Shown here piece after piece: positions 37,476 through 44,405 of a stretch of DNA of 44,405 bases. Source of the stretch: an archaeon (GTDB lineage: Archaea > Iainarchaeota > Iainarchaeia > Iainarchaeales > JAAZKV01). The stretch is taken from assembly GCA_036170245.1 (NCBI GenBank), contig JAVHOV010000016.1, forward strand, positions 1-44,405, given 5' to 3'. The notes under the pieces were generated by a model. It searched no databases and was not told the DNA's origin. It worked only from the letters and a program-made list of their open reading frames with translations. The position numbers and the translations under genes are program-made. Every line of letters starts with the position of its first letter. Position 1 is the first letter of the stretch.

Positions 37476-39146
37476 TTAAAGTTCAAATTCAAATATGCAA
37501 ACCGGTTTTCTAAGTCCGAAAGCATCAACTACTTCTTTCTTTACTTCCCCAATAAATCCTTTCTTGCCATTAATTATAATTTCAGCACTATTCTCACCAA
37601 GGAAAGGGAATGCTTTCTTCTTTACTATGCATTCAGCACCCAAATACTTGCAAAGTGAAACAAGAATTGATTTTATTTCAGTAAAATTAACGTTCGAGTG
37701 AGTTGAAGCTGCACAAATATGATAACTTTGAGCAACCCCATTTTCAGCATTTTCGTTAATCTCAAGACAAGTACCTATTTCAAAAATTCTCTGAGGAAAT
37801 TCTTTATCCTTGTTCTTTGAGAAAAAGTCCAATATCTGGGGAGAAAGTCTTTTTCTCAGGATTGCATAATTTAACGAAACAGGATTTGCTATTTCAACTA
37901 ATTCTTCATTACAAAGTTGCATTTTGTCAGACTGAATTTCCCTTGAAGTTAAATTGTAAGTCATTACTTCTTGCAAATCTAAACCAATGCATCCTTCTCT
38001 TGCAAAATCATTTCTTTTGGCTTCAATTAATTCACTGCCAACTACATTCATTTCAATTTTCTCTGGCTCAATATTGTTGAATCCGTAAGAAATTAATAAA
38101 TCTTCAATTACATCCACTGGATGCATTATATCAGTTCTGTATGAGGGATACTCAACCGTAATTTTGTTTGATTTTATTTTTGCAACGAATCTTGCTCTTG
38201 CAAGCAAATCAATTATTTCTTTATCCTTTAACCCTAACCCAGTCATTTTGTTAATTATGTTCTTATCAAAAGTCATTTTTTCTTTTTTGAATTCAGGAGT
38301 GTAAATTATTTTTGCAGGATAAGGTTTTGAATCAGAAGGAAAATGAAGCTTGCAGGAATAAATCTTTCCGCCTCTGTCAGCAAGAGTCATGCACATTACT
38401 TCAAGTGCAGCAGACATTGTTTCCCATTTGAATCCAGTAACTTCAATAAATAAATTCTTTGTTTTTTGGGTAACTTTACCAGTGTTTTGAGAATTAATTA
38501 TAGGAGGCATTGAAGCAACAGTTCTATTTGCATCAATTACAATAGGATAAACCTCAGCATCTTTCAATAAGTGGGCATATGCTTTTCCTTTTTCATGCTG
38601 GGTTAAAATTTCACTCGGACGCAACTGACTTTTCCATTCAAGAGGAACAAATTCAACTTCATCATCCTTAAATCCCTTGTAATAAATTGGAGGCTGCATT
38701 ATATCAAAATCATACAAACCGATTCCAAGTTCTTTTCTTTTTCTTCCATAGTTCTCTCCAACTTTTTCCTGGAGCTGAATTAACTGTAATAATAACTCTT
38801 CAGTAATCTGCACATCTTTTACTATTGCACAAGCAATCAAGGGCCTAACTTTTAATAAATTAGAATTAATGAAAACATCAACATCAGATTTTTTTACAGA
38901 ATATTTCCTTATCCCCTTATCTTTGCCAAGTCTGGCTTTGAATTCTCTTGCAATTCCCTCAGTACTCCAAAGGTCCGGCCTGTTTGTTTCCTTACAGTCA
39001 ATTTTTAGAACATCCCCTTCGAGAGAATCAATTTCCCCCTTAATAAATTCAAGATCAGTTTCTAACTTTTCTTGTGAGTAAGCAGCACCCATTAATTTTT
39101 CTAAACCTTTTTTTGATATTTCCAAGTTCGGCATAAAATTCACCAT
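37476..39146 (-). CDS. pheT: Phenylalanine-tRNA ligase beta subunit
   Basis: NRPDLWS.EGIAR, SMPPIINS, YRTDIMHPVDVIED, ANPVS. Confidence 0.95.
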   Translation of the reverse strand: MVNFMPNLEISKKGLEKLMGAAYSQEKLETDLEFIKGEIDSLEGDVLKIDCKETNRPDLWSTEGIAREFKARLGKDKGIRKYSVKKSDVDVFINSNLLKVRPLIACAIVKDVQITEELLLQLIQLQEKVGENYGRKRKELGIGLYDFDIMQPPIYYKGFKDDEVEFVPLEWKSQLRPSEILTQHEKGKAYAHLLKDAEVYPIVIDANRTVASMPPIINSQNTGKVTQKTKNLFIEVTGFKWETMSAALEVMCMTLADRGGKIYSCKLHFPSDSKPYPAKIIYTPEFKKEKMTFDKNIINKMTGLGLKDKEIIDLLARARFVAKIKSNKITVEYPSYRTDIMHPVDVIEDLLISYGFNNIEPEKIEMNVVGSELIEAKRNDFAREGCIGLDLQEVMTYNLTSREIQSDKMQLCNEELVEIANPVSLNYAILRKRLSPQILDFFSKNKDKEFPQRIFEIGTCLEINENAENGVAQSYHICAASTHSNVNFTEIKSILVSLCKYLGAECIVKKKAFPFLGENSAEIIINGKKGFIGEVKKEVVDAFGLRKPVCIFEFEL

Positions 39147-39172
39147 TGTTTTATTCTTATTTTATTTAATTT

Positions 39173-40627
39173 TTACTTTTCGAGCAATACTCCTTTAGCA
39201 TTTCTTAAATAACTCAAATCATCTGAAAACAAATATCTAATATCCTTAATTCCTAATTTAAACATTGCAAGTCTATCAATACCCATTCCCCAAGCAATTA
39301 CATTTTGTTCTATTCCTAAGTTCTTGAGCATTTCAGGTCTGAACATTCCTGCCCCTGCAAATTCAATCCAACCCATTTCAGGGTGCTTCGCGCTCAATTG
39401 AACGCTTGGTTCCGTGAAGGGATAATAATCAGGGAAGAATTTTACTTTCTCTGCCCCTGCTACTTCAATTGCAAAATCTTTTAACATTCCTAATAAATGT
39501 CTGAAATTCAAATCGTCGCCAATAATGAATCCTTCCATTTGATTAAATTCCAATAAGTGAGTTGCATCAAGTACATCAGGTCGAAAGCAGCGAGCAATTG
39601 CAAAATATTTCTGAGGAACTTTAACTCCTTTAACTAATTGTTTTGCAGTGTGAGCTGTTCCATGAGCAGAGGGCATTAAGCGGCTTGCAATATCCCTGTT
39701 CCACTCATATCTCCATCCTTTACTTTTACTTACTCCCCCATTCTCGTGAGCCGCTTTAATTGCATCAACAATTCTCTTCTCAGGAAGCTCTGCAGTTTTT
39801 GGATATTTCAATTGATACGTGTCAGTCCAAGTCCGAGCAGGATGATTCTGCGGCTGAAACAATACATCAAAATTGTAAAACTCTGTTGTAACTAAAGAAG
39901 TAGGCATTTCAGCAAATCCTAAAGAAACTAATTTTCCTCTGATTTGCTGCAAAAACTGAATATAAGGCGCTCTTTTTCCTGCAAATAAAGTAGGAACTTC
40001 CCCTTCAACATCAAACACTCTTTCAACTTTTTGCGTTGACAAAATATTTTTTGCTTCTTCTCCAACAGAAGAAATTTTAATTAATCGAACAATAGTTCTT
40101 TTCTTTTCAACTAATCCTCTCTTCTGCAAATCAACTATTTTTTCATTATCTATTTTCTTTGAACCAAAAATATCTTGCAAAATATTTTGTTCTGAAAAAT
40201 CCTGAGAGTCGCCTGCAACACCAGTCTCCTCAATACTTCCTGCACTAATTACTACAAACGCTTTTCTTTTGTTTATTCCTAGTGCCGCCATGAATTCCTG
40301 TTTTGATAACTGTGATTTTTGTTCAAGTTCGCTAAAAGTTGATTTTCCGCCAAGCTCTCTTAAAGTATTTAATAAAATTGTTTCAGGCATTCCCTTTTTT
40401 AGAGCAACTTCGCCGGCAGGAGTAAGAACAAAATTTTCGCCTTCGCTTTCTTCAATAATCGCCAAACCTTTTTCTTTAAGCCAAGCAGAAGCTCTTCTAA
40501 CTGAGTCAATTCCAACCCCTGAAGCAAGAGCAACTTTGTCTAAATTAACTAAATTAGCATCAATGTTCAAAAGCACACTTCTTTCAATTTCTGAAAGCTC
40601 CTTTACTTTTTCACTTAAGTTAGACAT
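39173..40627 (-). CDS. pheS: Phenylalanine-tRNA ligase alpha subunit
   Basis: QPQNHPAR, FRPDVLDATHLLEFNQ, YYPFTEPS, AWGMGIDRLAM. Confidence 0.96.
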   Translation of the reverse strand: MSNLSEKVKELSEIERSVLLNIDANLVNLDKVALASGVGIDSVRRASAWLKEKGLAIIEESEGENFVLTPAGEVALKKGMPETILLNTLRELGGKSTFSELEQKSQLSKQEFMAALGINKRKAFVVISAGSIEETGVAGDSQDFSEQNILQDIFGSKKIDNEKIVDLQKRGLVEKKRTIVRLIKISSVGEEAKNILSTQKVERVFDVEGEVPTLFAGKRAPYIQFLQQIRGKLVSLGFAEMPTSLVTTEFYNFDVLFQPQNHPARTWTDTYQLKYPKTAELPEKRIVDAIKAAHENGGVSKSKGWRYEWNRDIASRLMPSAHGTAHTAKQLVKGVKVPQKYFAIARCFRPDVLDATHLLEFNQMEGFIIGDDLNFRHLLGMLKDFAIEVAGAEKVKFFPDYYPFTEPSVQLSAKHPEMGWIEFAGAGMFRPEMLKNLGIEQNVIAWGMGIDRLAMFKLGIKDIRYLFSDDLSYLRNAKGVLLEK

Positions 40628-40777
40628 TACATAGTTGGAATTAGTTGTTATTTTAAAGGTTTAAGATTAGGCCAAAACCCACCTTTAAAGCAATGAACCA
40701 AAAAGCCAAAAAACAGCAAAATATTTAAGGGTGTGGGTAGAAGAGATTAGTATAGAAAAGGCAAACATTGGCTAAAA

Positions 40778-41077
40778 ATGGGTGAACTAAAAAAATTGTT
40801 TGAAGGTTTATTTATGGTCGAAATACAAAAAACACTTGATGGATATTTTACAAAATTACAAAAAAAAGCTGCTGACACTTTACCTCACTTTGTAGCATTC
40901 ATGTTTTTTATTGTAGCAATTGGAGCATTCATTGGAGTAGCAGTTGCACAAAACTATCCAGGACAAGCAATGCTTGCAATATTACTGCCGGCACTTGCAG
41001 GAGCTTTAGCATACTATAACAGAGCATTTGCAACAGCAGTGTTTTTGATAATGATACTTTTTGTATTCATATTGTAA
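40778..41077 (+). CDS. Small membrane protein
   Basis: Three hydrophobic segments. Confidence 0.6.
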   Translation: MGELKKLFEGLFMVEIQKTLDGYFTKLQKKAADTLPHFVAFMFFIVAIGAFIGVAVAQNYPGQAMLAILLPALAGALAYYNRAFATAVFLIMILFVFIL

Positions 41078-41134
41078 ATAAATATTAACTGAATCAATTT
41101 GCTTCTTTATTCAACAATTGACGAAACTAAGTAA

Positions 41135-41674
41135 ATGCTTTTAACTGAAAAACAAAACTTCTTCATTATGAACAATAGGGGCTTTGTCGGATTTGTTTTA
41201 ATTCTTGCAATGCTAACCCTACTTTTGTTTTTTTCAATTCAATTAAACCAAAACAATGAAAACATAAACAAAACAAAAAACGAGTTAATCAAAGCAGAAC
41301 AGTCAAATAAGGACAGAACAATACTCGAAAATAATGTTGACAAAATAATTAGCACTAAACTAAACGAGCAAATAATTTCACAAAACTTCAACACACAACT
41401 CGCAAAAACTTCAATTAACTCAAGTCTTGCAAACTACTTGAAAGACAAAGCAAAAGTATACTTGGTAAATGAACAAAAAAGCGAAGTAAGTACTTTATTT
41501 TTGAATCAAAATAGCACAGTGCAACTACTAAAAAGCGAATACTTTATTTATGCAGAATATGTCTACTCACCAAACACTATCACAACAAAAATAAAGCAAA
41601 TATTAGGAAACAAAATACTTACTGAATTTATTTTTCCATCAAATTATACCAAAACTATAACAGAGGCGATATAA
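41135..41674 (+). CDS. Pilin-like protein (class III signal peptide)
   Basis: NRG|FVGFVLIL N-terminus. Confidence 0.55.
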   Translation: MLLTEKQNFFIMNNRGFVGFVLILAMLTLLLFFSIQLNQNNENINKTKNELIKAEQSNKDRTILENNVDKIISTKLNEQIISQNFNTQLAKTSINSSLANYLKDKAKVYLVNEQKSEVSTLFLNQNSTVQLLKSEYFIYAEYVYSPNTITTKIKQILGNKILTEFIFPSNYTKTITEAI

Positions 41675-41677
41675 AAA

Positions 41678-42001
41678 ATGAATTCAATCGAAGCACTAAT
41701 TGCGATTTTGGCACTCATTGCAAGTATTGGAATACTAATTGAAACAGTTAATTTGCAAAAAGATAATTTTCAAAATGCTATTGATGCAATAACCGCAAAA
41801 ACCAATTCATTAAACTGCACATTTTTAATTGATTCAATCATAAGCAACTCTGCTAATAATTACAGCAGTGAACTAAACTGTACTGCAAACAAAAATAGTG
41901 TAAGTTCTAAATCAAATGAAATAACAAAAACCTCTTACATACTTACAGAAGCCACTAGCGACATCACTCTTACTGTGACTAAATATGACCACTACAAATA
42001 A
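41678..42001 (+). CDS. Pilin-like protein
   Basis: MNSIEALIAILALI N-terminus; in pilin-like cluster. Confidence 0.5.
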   Translation: MNSIEALIAILALIASIGILIETVNLQKDNFQNAIDAITAKTNSLNCTFLIDSIISNSANNYSSELNCTANKNSVSSKSNEITKTSYILTEATSDITLTVTKYDHYK

Positions 42002-42476
42002 ATTTTTATTAAATCAAAAAGGGATTATCTTTTCTACTGATGCAGTAATCAGTTTCATAATTGCACTATTCACAACTATGATTTTTGTTTTATACCTTTC
42101 AAATATTGCAACAAACGAGCAGCAAAATATTGAACAAATTGAACTTGATGAAAAAGCAATATTTGTTATTGATTCAATGGTAAAAAATCAAAATATAGAA
42201 AATGCGATTCTTGGAGCATGCAACTATGATTTAAGCAAAAAAAGAGTGATGCCAAACAATTTGAATTTTACTCAAATAACAACAAACTCCAAAACTATTG
42301 AAAGTAAAAACTTCTTTGTAAAAGATATTAAAATAACATTCACTCAAACAAATCAAAAAGAAACTATTTTACTAACCGAACAAACTTCAAAAAGATGCAT
42401 TAATGTAAAACGATTTGCACTAATTGATGGAAGAAAAGCAATTATTGAGGTAACTACATGCAAAAAAGAACTGTAA
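41985..42476 (+). CDS. Pilin-like protein (class III signal peptide)
   Basis: QKG|IIFSTDAVISF. Confidence 0.65.
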   Translation: MTTTNKFLLNQKGIIFSTDAVISFIIALFTTMIFVLYLSNIATNEQQNIEQIELDEKAIFVIDSMVKNQNIENAILGACNYDLSKKRVMPNNLNFTQITTNSKTIESKNFFVKDIKITFTQTNQKETILLTEQTSKRCINVKRFALIDGRKAIIEVTTCKKEL

Positions 42477-42811
42477 CTAAAGGATTTGTTTTTACCTTTG
42501 AAGCAATTCTTACAATGCTTTTATTTACACTAATGCTATTTGCAATTCCAACTCAAACCAACCCAAACCTAAAAGAAGTGTTAATACTGCAACAATCAAA
42601 TGATCTTCTTAGGGTTTGGAGCCAAACTTATCCCACTGAACAGGAAATGATTTCAGATGCAAAAATTGTTTTTCAAAATAATTCAACTGTAAAAATAAAT
42701 GGAAAAGAACTAATTACTTGCCAAGGTAAAAATAAGATTTCAACAGAAGGGATTCTTTTGGATGATTTGCTTGTTGAAAACAACATAACAATAATTGTAT
42801 GTTATAACTAA
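42458..42811 (+). CDS. Pilin-like protein (class III signal peptide)
   Basis: TKG|FVFTFEAIL. Confidence 0.65.
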   Translation: MQKRTVTKGFVFTFEAILTMLLFTLMLFAIPTQTNPNLKEVLILQQSNDLLRVWSQTYPTEQEMISDAKIVFQNNSTVKINGKELITCQGKNKISTEGILLDDLLVENNITIIVCYN

Positions 42812-42826
42812 TTAAAACAAAAAATA

Positions 42827-43249
42827 TTATTCTTCAAAAGAAACTATAATACCTTTATTTGTTTTCTTGAGAATTATTACAAAGCTTTTTTCAAAATAGA
42901 TTTTTGGAATAATTTGAATAACATTTGTTTCAACTTCAAACAATTTTGACTCTGTAGAAATATTTAGTTTAGTTCCCGTTGAATAAAACGAAATGCTCTT
43001 TACTGGAGAATATTCAAAAGTTTTTACTGTTCCTTCCCCAAGAAAAGTCATTAAAGAAATATTTTCACTTAATTCATCTGCAATTGATTTTGCAAGCAAA
43101 TCATCACTTGTGCTCAAAAAGGAGTCTACTGTACCTGACGCAATTGGTAAAAATATGCCCAAAATCCCAAAAAACGCAGTCACTAAAATTAAGTACTCTA
43201 AGGAGGATTGACCTTTTTGGTTTATTTGCAAAAGCCTTTTTGAACACAT
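42827..43249 (-). CDS. Pilin-like protein (class III signal peptide)
   Basis: QKG|QSSLEYLIL. Confidence 0.7.
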   Translation of the reverse strand: MCSKRLLQINQKGQSSLEYLILVTAFFGILGIFLPIASGTVDSFLSTSDDLLAKSIADELSENISLMTFLGEGTVKTFEYSPVKSISFYSTGTKLNISTESKLFEVETNVIQIIPKIYFEKSFVIILKKTNKGIIVSFEE

Positions 43250-43274
43250 GCAAAATTACCATAAACAAATTAAT

Positions 43275-43493
43275 TTACTTTATATCATCAATTTTCTTGA
43301 AAATACTGTCAGAGGTTTCTTCAAGCTTTTTGCTTCCTTCTTCACTAGTTGCCTGAAGCTGGGAAACTAAAATCAATACTACCGCAACAACTGCTGCAAG
43401 TACTATTATCAGTTCCACTGAAATCTGGGCCTTATCTTCAAGAAATATTTTTTCAGAATTCATTAAATCACAAAAGAGCTTCTTTTTGATCAA
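43275..43493 (-). CDS. Small archaeal pilin (class III signal peptide)
   Basis: KA|QISVELIIVLAAVVAVV. Confidence 0.75.
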   Translation of the reverse strand: MIKKKLFCDLMNSEKIFLEDKAQISVELIIVLAAVVAVVLILVSQLQATSEEGSKKLEETSDSIFKKIDDIK

Positions 43494-43577
43494 ATAAAAA
43501 GCTTTACAAGATTTCGTTAAATGACGAAGGAGGCAAATTGTTAGTTATTTAAAGATTCTCTTTGATATACATTTGTT

Positions 43578-44198
43578 ATGAGTGCAGAAAAAAAGGGATT
43601 ACTTTACTTTTCACCGCAGGAAAAGAAAGATTTGATTATTTCTTGGTTAACTTTAAGCTTGGCTTTTGCAATAATGATTAATCCAGTATTTTTTAACATT
43701 AGTAACTTACTAGTTTCATTTCCAATCGCGCTAATTGCTGTCGGAACAGGATTTGTTCTGCACGAACTTGCACATAGAGAAGCTGCTAAATATTATGGAT
43801 TTCATTCTGAATACAGAGCATGGTATGAAGGATTAGTTTTTGCTGTGGCCTTAGCAATAATCTCGCAAGGAACTTTTATTTTTGCTGCTCCTGGAGCAAC
43901 TTACTTTTTTGCAGAAAAAGTTTCAACAAAACAAAACGGGATAATTTCACTTGCAGGTCCCGTAACTAACTTAATCTTAGGAATATTACTAATGATAATT
44001 GCAACAATGTTCAAAGGAGATTTTCTCAACACAGTATTTTCACTTGCAGGGCAAATCAATTTCTTCTTTGCACTATTCAACTTGCTCCCAATTTTGATGC
44101 TTGACGGTTCAAAAGTATTTGCTTGGAACAAAGCTATTTGGGTAGCATTCTTTGGAATAAGCGCAGTATTTGTATTCTTGCCTGGATTATTCTTTTAG
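43578..44198 (+). CDS. Site-2 protease family (M50) metalloprotease
   Basis: HELAH, FAAPGA, SLAGP..N, FNLLP...LDG.KV. Confidence 0.9.
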   Translation: MSAEKKGLLYFSPQEKKDLIISWLTLSLAFAIMINPVFFNISNLLVSFPIALIAVGTGFVLHELAHREAAKYYGFHSEYRAWYEGLVFAVALAIISQGTFIFAAPGATYFFAEKVSTKQNGIISLAGPVTNLILGILLMIIATMFKGDFLNTVFSLAGQINFFFALFNLLPILMLDGSKVFAWNKAIWVAFFGISAVFVFLPGLFF

Positions 44199-44224
44199 AA
44201 AATAAAAAAATAGAACTAATTCTA

Positions 44225-44361
44225 ATATCAAAAGACATTAATTTAGGCTTCAATGCTGCCTTTTGATAGCATTCAAAATTGCATCAATTTTGAAATTTTA
44301 AAAGGCTTTAGCCTTTTAAAGCTATCAAAGGACTTGTTCCATTATTAAAGTCCTTTGATAT
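44225..44361. repeat. Cluster of four adjacent inverted repeats
   Basis: TATCAAAAG/CTTTTGATA, TTCAAAATTG/CAATTTTGAA, TTTAAAAGGC/GCCTTTTAAA, TATCAAAGGACTT/AAGTCCTTTGATA. Confidence 0.75.
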
Positions 44362-44405
44362 AAAATAAAATTTAAATTAAAAAAGTTAGAAGAACTTTAT
44401 CCAAC

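Overview
AT-rich archaeal chromosomal window. Gene content (separate PriS/PriL, GINS, PCNA, Csl4, RpoL, LonB, Cdc6, PheS/T, Methanococcus-type S-layer protein, many class III signal-peptide proteins) suggests a DPANN archaeon, plausibly Iainarchaeota/Diapherotrites (inference). The main feature is a nested locus at about 18.4-24.5 kb on the minus strand. The LonB protease gene is broken into two ORFs at the HDPLQ|SGGLGTP intein site; one half ends in an N-intein and the other begins with a C-intein, i.e. an apparent naturally split intein. Between the halves lie a 157-nt hairpin, a decayed LAGLIDADG-like remnant and a complete diversity-generating retroelement (target-VR, hairpins, avd, TR, RT). 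The DGR target is a pilin-like (class III signal peptide) DUF1566/C-type-lectin protein whose start codon is out of frame across a (GA)12 microsatellite, suggesting phase variation. The TR is in frame inside the 5' end of the RT ORF. Other oddities: toxin-antitoxin modules separated by 34-bp direct repeats, two PCNA paralogues, a cysteine-free family-4 UDG with a PIP box, a basic HMG/YABBY-like repeat protein, and a four-hairpin element at the right end. All calls come from motif recognition by eye; no database searches were run.
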